This document shows positions 38,700-51,509 of a DNA stretch of 64,000 nucleotides, in pieces. Origin of the DNA: Dicyema japonicum (taxonomy: Eukaryota > Animalia > Dicyemida); assembly GCA_011109175.1 (NCBI GenBank), contig RDEW01000014.1, forward strand, positions 434,001 to 498,000. Reading direction: 5' to 3'. The notes beneath the pieces are model-generated. The model was not told the DNA's origin and did not search any database. It saw only the letters and a program-made list of their open reading frames with translations. The translations under genes and the position numbers were made by a program. The first letter of the stretch is position 1. Every line of letters begins with the position of its first letter.

Positions 38700-39330
38700 C
38701 TAACAAAAATGTATTTCAATAATTTTTTCGATGCAACGTTTGTCATTAATGCTATGGAAACATCTGGAGCCCGCAAACAACTCGTCTTACAATTTCTTCA
38801 AAAAACTCGGAAACTTAATCTCAACCCGCTTAGATAACCTCCTTGGTGACCTTTTGGATCATTGAGCAGATCCAACGGACTAGGTCGTCCGCATGTGGGG
38901 CGAAGATTCTTGACGTCTCAACGGTAAAAAAGGACAAACAAATGATCCTTTGAAATTTGTTCGGTACTTCCCTCTCTTCTGATCCTCGACTTGCTTATAA
39001 GGATAGCCTGGGTCTGAGGCTGAAGGACCAAAATTTTCGGGAGTAGGTTCCGACCATTAGCGAATGGAAAAGAGGTCATCCCATCGAAGAGAGATCAGTG
39101 AGCTCCGAAAGGAAGTGTTGGCCCGCAGAAGAAAGTTCATTTTTAACATAATGTTGAGACAGAAATGCACGGGAACAACCCGCGCTCAACTTGCACGACA
39201 GGAGATGGTGACCTTGTGGGTCGATCCAACATCGACAGCGACATTTGCGTTCAGCCCACTCTTTAAGACCATGAAGGAGCGAGGAGAATATTTTAAGCAC
39301 ATAGATAAGCATTCAGTTGTCACCTACTGA
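38700..39330. mobile_element. CRE-like RLE element remnants in both orientations
   Basis: Minus: CCHC knuckle KCRCRCWIDPQGHHLLSCK and EDQKRGKY. Plus: NAMETSG...FLQKLG. Confidence 0.65.
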
Positions 39331-39714
39331 ATGACAGATAGCCGTTTTTTAGATAGGCAAGTCTTTTTGCATCCCCAATACTCTCAAGGAGCTCCTTCTT
39401 TTCAAAAACACGTCTTAAGTCTTTCCACATATCCACAGCTCCAGATGATGACATCAAATTAAATTTTTAATCCAAACCCACCGTTAAACCGAAAAAGCAA
39501 ACTAAGTGATCACGAAAAATTTAATACAGGCTGTCGTCAGCTTGGGTCGATGCTCCTCCCTCGATTCTAAATTAGTTCGTTGGTGTCGGGTTGTCTTCTG
39601 AACATGTTGTGTCAGGCCTCCTCCGCTATTCCTTCTGATTAGAATCTCCAAGGGTTCTACATCATGTCGCCCTTTTTGTGAAGCCACGACATCGAAGGCC
39701 CCATGATGCACATG

Positions 39715-39945
39715 CATAGGAAATGCATGACTCAATACATTGCGAGTAAAGCTTCTTATTAGGGGATGGTCCCCGATTTCCCATTGCCCCGTTAGGCTTT
39801 TCAGTAGGTTGATTTTTTCTCACATTTGTTTAGCACACTTCCGGCATGCTGCAGGAAACACATGTAAGTGTATCGAAAATCACACAAAGAATTTCTTGCC
39901 ATTTCTTAAATACCAATGTTTTCCCACCCGCTTCAATTTATTTAT
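39715..39945 (-). mobile_element. LINE RT fragment (homologous to 43530-43760)
   Basis: Nucleotide similarity between the two copies; ILCVIFDT...KINLLKSL-like translation. Confidence 0.6.
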
Positions 39946-40262
39946 TTATTAACCCCGGATACACCGAGAAAGAAGTTAAAGTAAACAACTAATTAAGTGT
40001 ATCTAGTTTCCACTTCTACAGAAACGAAGTCCATCCAAAATCAGCATAAAAGGTAAGACGTCCATTACATGAAGTTGTGGAAACCCCTCCAGTGGAGTGG
40101 GGAGAGCAAATGATCCTTTTTCGTGCCGGCCTGGCACTGGGCGTCACCTAGACAGGTGGATCACATGACGCCACTCTAATAGGAAGAGACAGGAGGAACA
40201 GACAAGAAGGCAGAAAACTTAAAATCAATTAACCACGCAACACCACATGGCGCCACGCGGCT
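39945..40262 (-). repeat. SINE-like family S2, full-length copy
   Basis: Reverse complement aligns end to end with 5239-5560. Confidence 0.88.
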
Positions 40263-40405
40263 ACCAAGAATCTAGAAATTTAAACCCGCTTCAATTGACT
40301 CGCTTAACATTTATTTTTTTATTAACCCCGGATTTAGACCAGGATAAGAGTTAAGGAATCAATTAAAAGTTAAAATTAATAATAAAGGATAACAATTAAA
40401 AAAAT

Positions 40406-41760
40406 TTAATTTCGAGTAAATCTGACTTCTTTGAAACAGTCGGGGCAGTAAGGACACTTTATACTATAACTAACACACTCTAAGCCTACTGATCGTTCAA
40501 TAAAATTGAGGATATTCCAATCTTGGACACCAAATGCCCACACTTCAGCCTCAAGGGGGGATTCTCCTTAGTACAGGGTTCTTTCAAAACAGAGCAAATG
40601 TACATCGAGTGATGCAAAAAGTTCGGATGAAGCTTAAGGTCGACCTATAGTGTTACAGAATCAGTATACTGGGAGGACGTTTCCCCCATATTTCACCTGT
40701 CTGGCAGCCTCGTAGTTACGGGTAAAGTTGAGGAGTGGTTCCATGGCCCTAATTCCCACTTGAAGACTAAAATACAGCAAACTAAATCCACATTGGCATT
40801 AAAGGGGACTTTTGCTTCCCCTGAAGGATAAGGTTCGCAGATCTGTAAAACTCGTCATTTATCTCATTCCAAATATTTGATATTATCTTGATTTGCATGT
40901 CAGGGTTCCTTATAATCACCAAACTCAGCAATTCTCGAATATATGGAGTCAGATCTAACAATGTGACTCAGTCCATACCAAACGAAGCACTGTTGTTCGT
41001 CATATAGTCCTTGCATCGGACGACAAACTCCCCGGTCTTGTTCTGGAATAACAATTCAGTCAATTCTAGTCTCTTTAGCAAAATATGGAGTTTTGAGTTT
41101 ACTTCATGTAGTTCCTTCGAATTCTGTTCAATCCAACTGAGGACTACACAATAATAGTTACTCAATCAACATCCCGACCTCTCGATTCAGCAAATGATCA
41201 CTTATTTCGCTCACATGTGCAAATTTCAACATCAGATCTTCGTTTACTTCGATTTTAAATTCCTTAGCTTTAGTAATATAAACTACATTAGCCAAAGTCA
41301 AAGCCAAATTAGACTTTCCGCGCATTAGAAGATGATTGACAAGAATACGATGAATACTTTCACGTGTTTCATTTTTTTCAAGCTCATCTGAACTTATCCT
41401 CTGCATCTCTGAGGGAAATGTCAAAATATAAGTTTAAAAATTACCTTTTTATTATTTTTTAGACATCTGCTTATCAAATTAAAGGAATCTTTATGTTTTC
41501 TCGTAATCTGGTGCACAGATTCCGTGAGTGAAGATATTGATGAACTGATACTGCTAGCCAAGTCACTGTCCACGTTCTCAACTCCTGCTTGAACCCCTAA
41601 TATCAAGATTATAGAACTTACTTTGTTTAAGTAACTCAAGGATATTAGACAGATCAATTGAATGCTGAGGATAGGATTCAAGAAATTTACCGTTTACTGT
41701 CATTAAAAGATCTCTTGATAAATTTATTTGTCGAATAATCTCTTTAATTTCAAGGCTCAT
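40406..41760 (-). CDS. RMND5: RMND5/GID2 RING subunit of the CTLH/GID E3 ligase
   Basis: LisH/CTLH-like HRILVNHLLMRG...WIEQNSKEL..VNSKL, and RING HSMYICSVLKE...NPPLRLKCGHLVS...KCPYCP. Confidence 0.88.
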
Positions 41761-41859
41761 ATTGTATAATAAAATCACTCGATAATGTAATATTTATTTA
41801 AATAATTTACATTTTAATTTATTCTTAAATATATTTTTTATAGTTTTTTAATTTCTAAT

Positions 41860-43040
41860 GAAAGATGATCGTCGTCTATTCAGGAAAGCCGTGGGTACTC
41901 TGGAGGAACATAGGAAAAACCTCTCGATCTTGTTGAGGCGTACCGGGTTCACTTAATTAGTTGGTTTACTCCTTCTTTTTTGGTGTTCTTTTTTCGGGGT
42001 TATTAAATAAATAAATAATAGTTTTTTAATTTAGAAAATTCAAAAAAATGAGAGTTCGACATAAAAATGCTTTACGAGACTATTTCTTCTTTCCGTAGAA
42101 ATCTACCGTCACTGTATTCACGTCCAACCGCCGCCAACTAAATTTTCAACCAATTTTAACAATTCATGGACAAACACTCATCCCAAATACTTGGAGTCAT
42201 TTTCGACCAACTACTTACTTTCCCGAAACATTTGGAGGAACAATGTACAAAGGCCTCTCGCAAGATCAACATACTGAAAGCTGTGTCAGGCCATTCCTTC
42301 GGCAAAGCAAAGAAGCCCTAACCATCATATATAAACAATTCACTAGAACCACAATTAACTATACAAGTCCTTGTTGGTCAACCTCTGCCCTTTACTTTTA
42401 TCGACAAACTACAAAAAGTCCAAAACATCGCGCCAGAAAATTACTGAATGTCTCAGATCAACCCCTATTGATCATCTACACTGGGAATCAAAGATCCTTC
42501 TAATTGGAGACCATTTGGAAATGAGAGTTCTGCAGTTCCTCTCCCAAGCTTACAGCTCAGAGCATCTCTGTCACTAGCTATGCAAACCCCAAAACAAAAG
42601 AAAATTTATTGGCGACCAGTGACCTCTCTCGAATGCTATCATCCATCTTTTCCAGTCTCAATGACCGGAGTGTCTGAAACATATACATGATTTTGTTTAT
42701 GCAAGAAGCATCCTAAGACTCGATGATAGGGTACTATACCGGCCCCCTTCTCCAATAGACCAATCGGAATCCTCTTTTGTGAGGGATATCCGAGTAAACT
42801 TGGCTCGTCAACGATATGCCACCACCCTTCTCTACCAACGTACGATGTCCTCTGTCCCTTTTGCAACCTCTACGTGTTGACATCAAATCACCTATTTGAA
42901 TGTCATGATTTAGCACAACGTTCGTCTACAATGCCGGGACTGACAGATATATGGGAGCAATCGGAATTTGCTGCGTCCTATCTAATACCTGCTTCCCTCC
43001 TACAAGTTAGTGAGGCCGGGGTTACTTAACTAACCAACTA
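41860..43040 (+). mobile_element. Family A 3' tail (to about 42020) followed by a family B LINE 3' half with CCHC knuckle
   Basis: GGGTTCACTTAATTAG...GGGTTATTAAATAAAT tail; then KYLGVIFDQLLTF, YKQFTRTTINYTSPCW, CPFCN...HLFEC, ending GGGGTTACTTAACTAAC (also seen reversed at about 21010-21035). Confidence 0.75.
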
Positions 43041-44099
43041 ACAAGACTATTCGCACAGAATCGGTGTCCTGCCCATGCGGTATTATAAGTATTATGGATC
43101 TCGAAAGGTGTTGATATTTTAAACAGTATCGGACGATCTTCTTCATCTCCGTGTCCTTTTTTCCTTCAAGACCTCTAGAAGAAAGGTCGCCTATTCGCTT
43201 GTTCTGGAGCTCTTCTCCACATCAGATACACCTGACTGATCTCCGGGAGCATTCGCAGATTTTTACGAATTGGTTTCCAATTTAGAAAAAATTAAAGTAC
43301 TATACAAATTCGAGAAGATTTACTGTAGTATTAGAACTCCCTTGATCCTACAAAAACTCGTCGTGGTAGGGTTGCCTCCTGATTCGTTATTCCTTCACAT
43401 TAGGATCTCTAAGGGTGTTGGGACAATGTTTGTTTGTCCATAAACCACTACTCTGTCACCCAAAAGCCCTTTTTGTGTAACCACAATTTTCTGAGCATCA
43501 CACCAAGAGATTAAAGACTCCTATGAGGCGCTTTCAAAGAAAATGCATGACTCAATAGTGGGAGTAAATAGTTTTTAATACGGGGTGATTCCCTATTTAC
43601 CATAGCCTCTTTAGGTTTTTTAACAGGTTGGTTTTTTTCTCATTTTTTAGCATAGCTTCAACTTTCCGCGGGAAACACCGTTTAAAACATATATATCAAA
43701 GATCACTCCAAGGATTTTTGCTATTTCTTAAATGTATTGTTTTCCCATCCATTTCATTTTAAATTGACTTTTTTGACATTTTCTTGTCTGAAGTGAATAG
43801 GGATGTAACAGATTTCTCAGGATAAAGTTGCAAAGTGGCCAAGATACTGATTACGAGCAATAGTTAGCAATAAGGATGATTGAAAGAGGATGGTAGTAGG
43901 ATATTGAACGTAATACATGGAAAACTTCATTAATCTATGATTTTCTGGGAGTGCTTATTAATAGTAAATCGAAAAAAATCGATAATATGCTATTTACTCG
44001 ATAATATCATATTGAAGTAGCTTAAACATGGTACTTGGAGAAGGAATATTGATCTCTGTTCGAATTGGAAATAAATCTGTCGGATCAGTCGAAGTTTAG

Positions 44100-44880
44100 C
44101 TCAGAGTTGAAGTGAGAATTACTTATCTGTAGGAAAAAAACGGAAAACACTTTATTCAACAGGAATTAGGAGTTAGTTTGGAAATTTTTAACGAGTCCGC
44201 CTATGCGGCCTGGACTCTTCCGATGCACCTCATCTCAATTTTATTTTCTTCCAAGCGTCGGATCCCCTTGATCTTCTTTTCCACAGTATTTTTGACTGGT
44301 GCAAGAATCTTGTCTTATTCCGTACTTAGGATATCAAACAGCTTTTTCCCTAAGGTCAAATTTATTGCTGACCTTCTCGACTTTTCCATGAGTAACATTA
44401 TCCTATCTTTTTGGCGAGAGAAAAACTACGCTTCACACCCGAATAGTAGCTCTGGTAGGACTATCCTCATGAAGATAAACAAGAAGGTCTCCAAGCTTAC
44501 GACAAACTTGCTTGTACAGAGAAGCGCTTGTAGCGCTCTCTTCCTTCTTCGTCTGATATCTTCATGAAGGAACCTCCTCCATCGATAACTATCCCGAGGT
44601 AGCGGAGTGAATTTACTTTTGGGATGCCAAGTGAATAAGGCTGTACACGAAGCTTCCGTAGGCGACTGACTCTCATATGGCTCGATTTCTCGGTAGAGAG
44701 TGTCATCCCTCTCTTGGAGCACCAGTCCTGAACTTGATCAACGAATAGCCTGATTCTATTTTCCGATAAAGTGGATTTTCCAGAAGTATACATGATTAGA
44801 ATGTCATCCGCGTATATCAACATTTTGGTGTTCATATCTGGTAAAACTGGGAAGTCTGACAAAAATATATTGAATAACAG
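44100..44880 (-). mobile_element. Decayed LINE RT fragment
   Basis: LIYADDILI, SLRYLGIVID, IVLPELLFGCEA motifs. Confidence 0.8.
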
Positions 44881-45013
44881 CTGTAGAATTCTAAGTCCGT
44901 TAAAGTAAAAATCTCACAAATACAACGTACTAGATAGTGAACTACTTCTCTGTAGAATTCGAAATCCGTTAAAGTAAAAATCTCACAAATACAACGTACT
45001 AGCTAGTGAACTA
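44881..45013. repeat. Tandem duplication, 69-bp unit x about 2
   Basis: CTGTAGAATTC...TACAACGTACTAG.TAGTGAACTA starts at 44881 and again at 44950. Confidence 0.9.
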
Positions 45014-45658
45014 GAAATAATTCACCAGATACAAACTCAGGAGTTGTTCAAACCTTTGGCATTGCCTTCCTTTAATAATGTTCGCACTTTACGAGGAGCC
45101 CCACAGGCAGAACACACAATTTATTTTAAGCAAAGAACAGTTATCATAACTAATCGTAGAGGGAGGAACCAAGGAATGGTCTTAACTATTTGTTTTCTTT
45201 ATCTTGGATGTGTGTCCTTTTAGACTATCCAATTCCGCTTTAAAAAGTACATTAAAGTGCTTAAAGTACAATAAAACGTATTTACATATTACTGACCACA
45301 AGATAAGGGAAAGTATGTCTTAGGTATAAACACTAATTCCATAAGGAACTCGAAACCTCATAGTTAGTAAATTCTGAATGAGGGAATGTAAATGATACTA
45401 ATCAAGTTCCCACATGTTCCACACACAAAACTACCCTTTCATCTAGATTCTTCCAGCATCCTCGGCTGCAGGCTATACTTCCAAGCATATCGACGTCGTC
45501 TCCAGTTTTTAGTCGTTTTTCACATATTGAAGATCTTTGGCAAGAAATAAATTTAAATATGTTTGATTAAGTTGTGTCGTCTCATTAACAATAATTAATT
45601 TAAATATGTTTAATTAATTAAAATTTTGAAATAAATAATATTTATACTTAACATCCTA

Positions 45659-48600
45659 ATGGATTCTCCATATTTATTTATAATTTTAATTGCAATAATA
45701 GTAATTCTCATAACTTACACTTTCTCCCAACACTCCAAAAATAGTTCATTTTCTAATAAACCACCAGTCAAACTAGTTAGCACAGCGGCTGAGGATGCTC
45801 GAAAGAGTGTGGTAGACCAAGGGAACAACGTCCTTAAGTACGGAAAGAAAGTCATCAAACGAGTATTCCAAATACCATAAAATTAGGTAAAAAGACTAGC
45901 AAATAACAAAGGAGATGATCTGAGGTACAAACTCAACCAGATTAGACTGTATTCCTTCAACATAATCATAGATTACTTGATTCTGAAAAAAATAAATCCG
46001 AGTTTTCTAGGAAAATAAGGCCAATGCCTTCCTCTCTTTTTGAAGAAAACACAGGAAGAAAACTCAGTGGAGCTGTACCTAATCATGTTTACGACGTTCT
46101 TCGTTGTATGAGGTTCTCCTACAACTGACATTTAGTCTCATTGGCTGCTTTGATGAAAATCTGTTCCTTCTTTTATGTCGGTCAATGCAGGTTCTCTCAT
46201 TTCCTGCTGAGAGTTTCATTTTTCGTCCTGGAGACCCAAGCGACTGTATTTTTGTAGTCCAATCGGGGACTGTACAAATCAATGTTGTCGACCAATTCGA
46301 GGATCCTTATTCAGTCAAGGAAGCTAAAGCCGGTGACTGTATTTGTAGTCTACTTAATATGATTGACCTTCTCACTGTAAATTCCTTGTTAATTTAAGAG
46401 TTCTCAAGTTCCCATTTACCATGGAATTTCAGCAGTGGCTGTCCTCGACTCTCAAATTGTCAGGTTATTATGTTCCTTGAATTCAGATTACCCATTGAGT
46501 CTTTTAATGCTTTTTTTGATGAATTCCCGGGTTCTAGAGTTTCCATTTTGGAGTCAATCTTCCAACGGTTTCACAGTTCTGCCTTTTTTGCTCTTCAAAA
46601 CTACTTCGGACTTGCTCATGAACTATTTGCCTCCGTTGTACTCTCTCTTATTTAGACATTTGTTTCTAATCCCCAACTTAGACTGCACGAGTTGAACAAG
46701 GAGGACATTGAATCTCCACTTTCTAGTATTCCCAATCAAGCTAATTCAATCTCATCATTTGATGATGTTTTCGACTACAGATCTATCGCTCAGTCCAATC
46801 AAAGATTCTCATCATTTGGTCTTCATTCTTTTCTGTCAATGGCAGTGGATGATTTAGCAACACTTTTGAACGTTAAGGTCCTTTTTGTGCATATTGTTAG
46901 GAGAGAACACATCTTGAGAAGATTGTGCGAATTAAAGTTGTCAAACCTGGAAATATTTTGCAAAAACAGGGCGATGAAGTACATTTTTGGTAATTGTAGA
47001 ACGTGGAATTGTTTTTAGTACTCGTAGGTAAAATAGAGGCTTTTTCTGATGTGGGGACTTCAGCCTTCAATCCATTTAGACAGGTTTGGTTTTCTTGTAA
47101 TGTAGATTCCTATATTTGTGGTAACAAAGGGAAATTTAGTCGGTCATTTGTCATTGTTGGCTAGATGTGTTTCTCATTTCACATTGAAGGCACAAGCAGA
47201 TTGTGTGATGGCTGTCATTTCTAAACAAAACTTTAGAAGGTAATTTGATGTAACCCAAGTAGATTAACGATGACTGTCCCAAATGTGATTGAGGCAGTGG
47301 CTAAACATGTCATCTCCTCCTTCTCTCCATTTATGAGACTTATAGACTATGGACTGAGTTGGACACAATATGATGCTGCCACAGCTCTCTATAGGTGTCA
47401 TTATACCATATTGTAGACAGGGAGATGATGCTGATAAGATTTATATTGTCCTACATGGACGACTCAGATCTGTTATGACTTTTATTGATGGAAAAAAGTG
47501 TTTGGAGGGAGAGTATGGACACGGAGAACTCGCTGGTATTGTGGAGGTAGTTTCTCGAGTAAAAAGAGTTACTACCCTCATTTCCATAAGGTTCGGAGTG
47601 AAATATAATTAAGGGATTCGGCTGTGGTGGAGATTCCTACTGGTCTTTTGGATTATATAAAGTGGCGGTACCCTGATAAGGCACTCAAACTGATATCTCT
47701 CCTGGGGAATAAAGTGCTTGGAGGATACAAAAATTTTTATTCTCTCCCCAAAACAGTTTGTAATATATTTTATTAGATCCCATCGCTGATGGATTACTAA
47801 CGACATTAAATAATATTCGTACAGTGGCAGTCGTTCCAATGACTCCAAAAGTACCAATTGATTCCTTTGTCCTCGAACTATGTCATGCAATGAAGCCAAT
47901 TGGTTGGTGTTTTGTTATATTCAGCTGCCACTTTGTCTCTTTCTAGTGCTTTCGTGTTAAAGGAGTTTAGTAAGAACGCATTTGACACGTATTAGTTATC
48001 TTATTTTAGATCAAACTCTTACCAGTTAAGCAATTGGCTTAGTAAATTTGAGGATTCTCACAGAATGGTTGTCTATCAGGCAGATTACACCAACACATCT
48101 TGGACACAGCGTTGTATAACACAATCGGACTGTGTCCTCATTGTTGGTAGAGCAACTGACGACCATCAAATCAGCAGTGTTTTTTTACATTTTATTTTAG
48201 ATTGAATTGGAGATTGAAAATATGCATTTGAGAGCACAAAAACAGTTAGTTTTACTGCATTCTAATGACAAAAAACGTCCAGAAGGAACATCTCTGTGGT
48301 TGAATGCTCGTTCTTGGTGTACTCTACATCACCATATCCGCTGTTCTAAGAGATTCTTCTACAATATGAAGGTGGTTATCCGTTTATTGTTAGCCTAAGG
48401 ATTACGAAAAGTATCTCATCAGTCCTGTGGAGAAACTCTCCGACTTTTCACGTTTGGCACGTTTTCTTACGGGTTCTACTGTTGGTTTGGTGTTGGGTGG
48501 AGGTGGAGCACGTGGGATTTCCCAGATTGGTGTTATTAGAGCAATGCAAGAGGCTAAAATCCCCATTGATATGGTTGGGGGAACCAGTATTGGTGCTATG

Positions 48601-49717
48601 GTTGGTGGGATTTGGGCTATGGTCACAAATAATAACGAAACACGTGGATTAGCTAATAAATTCTCACGTGATATGTCCTCTCTGTGGAATAAAATAGCTG
48701 ATCTGACCTTCCCTTATTCTGCATTCTTTAACGGGAAGCGATTTAATGTGTTATTGATGGATATATTCGGGAATGTGCAGATTGAGGATTTGTGGATTCC
48801 ATACTTTTGTGTTACCTCTGATATTACTAGTCTTAAAATGAGAATTCACTACTCTGGGTCACTTTGGCGTTATGTGAGGGCAAGTATGACTCTCTCTGGT
48901 TATTTACCACCACTGTGTGACCCTGTTGACTCTCATCTTCTTCTAGATGGAGGATATGTTAATCTGTTGCCTAGTTTTATTGTTACTAATGGTAGTTGAT
49001 GTGATGAGGTCGTTTGGGGCACAGACTGTCTTTGCTGTTGATGTTTCTAGCAGAGTGGTCACTGATTTGTACCAATATGGAGAGCATTTGTCTGGTTGGT
49101 GGATTCTGTGGTCCAAGTTTAATCCATTTCGTCGTTCAGCTCCTGTATATTGTATGCTGATATTAGATCCCCTCAATGCACGAAATCCAATCACGACTGA
49201 CTTTCATGTCCTCCTCTGATAGAATGGACTCTGTCAGAAATGCCGAGTACATGCACTACATCAACCCACCTGTGCAAAAGTTCGCTACACTTCAATTTAA
49301 TGCCTTCGCTGAGATTAATGTTATTTTTTATTTATTTGTAGGATATTGGATATCATCATGGTAAGGCCTTCTTTTCTGGACTGCAAATGCGGACTTCCTT
49401 AAACTCAAACATTTTAAGTCAGTCATCAGTGCCTCGACAATTTCATAATGAGGTTGATGTGTTGCTTATCTAAGCACCCCATGAAAAAGTCATCGACGTT
49501 TGGGGAACTAGCAAACTTGTCGTCATTTACTGGGATTAAGCTGAATATAGTTTCAGGAGAGAATGATGATACTGAAGAAAATGAGGGAAATGTTTGGGTG
49601 ATTATTAACTGTTAGTTGGAATTTGATGAGACTATTTCGGGGGATGAAGTTTCCTGTCAGTCTGAACAGGATGATTGTGTTCTTTCCTCCATTGAACGTG
49701 GAAATTATACTGATTAA
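45659..49717 (+). CDS. PNPLA6: Neuropathy target esterase / swiss cheese (PNPLA6/7)
   Basis: N-terminal [10 protein letters not shown], cNMP-binding domains ([18 protein letters not shown]; [19 protein letters not shown]), patatin motifs GGGGARG, GTSIG, RYVRASM, DGGY; over 20 dwarf introns. Confidence 0.94.
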
Positions 49718-50528
49718 ATTTTTAATATATAATTTTATCTGTTCATTTAAGTAATTTACAGACCGGATAGTGTAGTGGTTAGTGCACAAAAAGAATTCCT
49801 CTCTTCCCTATCCTGTGGAGTAGTTTCCTCAATGGTGGATATGGATTGACTTGACTTGGAAAGGGTGCCCATACGTCAGGTTTTCTAATACACTGTCTTC
49901 TATATCAAATCAAGTTTATGGAGTTTCTAAACTCAAAAATGACGGATTTTTGAACACCAAACATTATACTTATTAATATCATTTAGCCCCAAAAAAATTT
50001 GCTACTAAATTATTCCTCTCACTTCTTGACCAGTTGTCAATCGAGTACGAACTCTCTGCGAGAATGAATCTGATCGTTTCCTTATATCAGTTGGAGAAAC
50101 GCAGAAAAGCGTAAATTCAGAAAAAACCCTACGCCTCTCCAAATTTCGCTGAAAAGGAAAGATGTGGATTCAAAAAAACCTGGCACGCCTGTGAAGACTA
50201 CCGGGATCACTTAATTAGTTGGTTTAACTCCTTTCTTTTAGTTCCTTTTTAAGTTAAATAATAATAACTGAGCCACCTAGCCAACTATTTTAAATTACAA
50301 ATTTCAATGACTTAACCCAACGATTAATTATATTTTAACGAAACAACGAAGTCACAAGTAATTAATTAATTAGCTAATCTCCTCTTCTTGGGGCCAACGT
50401 CAATTGTCAGTATAGGTGTGTTTTCGTTGTCGCACAACCCACATTCCGAGACTCCCTAGGTCGACACACAAGTAAATATATAAAATTTCGCAATCAAAAA
50501 ATTAAAATAAATTATTTAAATTTAATAA

Positions 50529-51509
50529 ATGTTAAGGCGTGTTATACTTTGTATATCTCCCAGTACTACCTACTACAGATCATTATCTTCAAAATGGTTC
50601 ATTACAGACCACCAAACAGTAATTGACGCTCCTTCACCTCAGTATGACCAACAAGAACTCGATCTCCCTCATGTCCCTCAACCAAACTATTTATCTGTTT
50701 TCCAAAACAATAGATTTTTCGACTGTAATGTAAACTTAAATAATCTACTCAACTCCAACTATAAGCTTCCCCATTTTCTCCACTCCCTAAACCCGGGCCC
50801 ACTCCTTCCCTCTACAAAATGCAACTTCAAAATTCAAATTTAAAGGAAATCGAAACATTTGAAGAGATCATTTCCCGTCTATGTTCCCTTACGACTCTCC
50901 CTAATAAATTTGAGAGTGTGGAAGTTGTCCGCAGACTGAATCTATGTGATATTTACGACGAAGAGGAGACCCTAAAGGAAAGAGTGTTTGATCTTCTTGT
51001 CTCGAATGGTGGATATTTGTTTCTTCAGGGGTTGTCCCTTACTGCGCATTTGTTTACAGTCTCAGAGGTGATTTTCATGATTATTTCCAAGTTATGCCAA
51101 ACTCTCGACTGTCTTGATTCGTTGGGGTTCACTGCCGAGAATATCTTGTGTAATCATGTCCTCACATTGCTATCCAATGAAGACTACAAAGGAATCCCCT
51201 TGACTGAGGCTGCTATTTTCGTGGAAGTACTGGTTAGTTTGCATCGTAAACAGTCTACGGACTTGACTAGGAAAGTTTTTACGGATTTGAGAGCCCATTT
51301 TTTAAAAACAGTTTTGAGAGTCTAAATTTTAGAATCTTTTGGAAGTGGATAGTATGTCAAGGATGAATATTTACGGATTTATGTGTATTCCTCCAGCAGA
51401 CGTTGAATTTGGAAGGAGAATGGTGGCAGACATTAAGCATAAGAGTGCTTATTTGGATATTCTTAATATACTTGATTATGAATGTTCAATAAAAATTAAT
51501 TCATATTAG
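50529..51509 (+). CDS. Orphan helical protein with mitochondrial-presequence-like N-terminus, about 305 aa
   Basis: Three exons joined by GT-AG introns 50725-50765 (41 nt) and 51311-51332 (22 nt); N-terminus MLRRVILCISPSTTYYRSLSSKW is basic/hydroxylated with no acidic residues. Confidence 0.6.

Noticed and set aside
6181-41760. Functional clustering of N-degron E3 ligases (UBR1/2 and RMND5)
   Set aside because: About 28 kb apart with unrelated genes between; no evidence of co-regulation.
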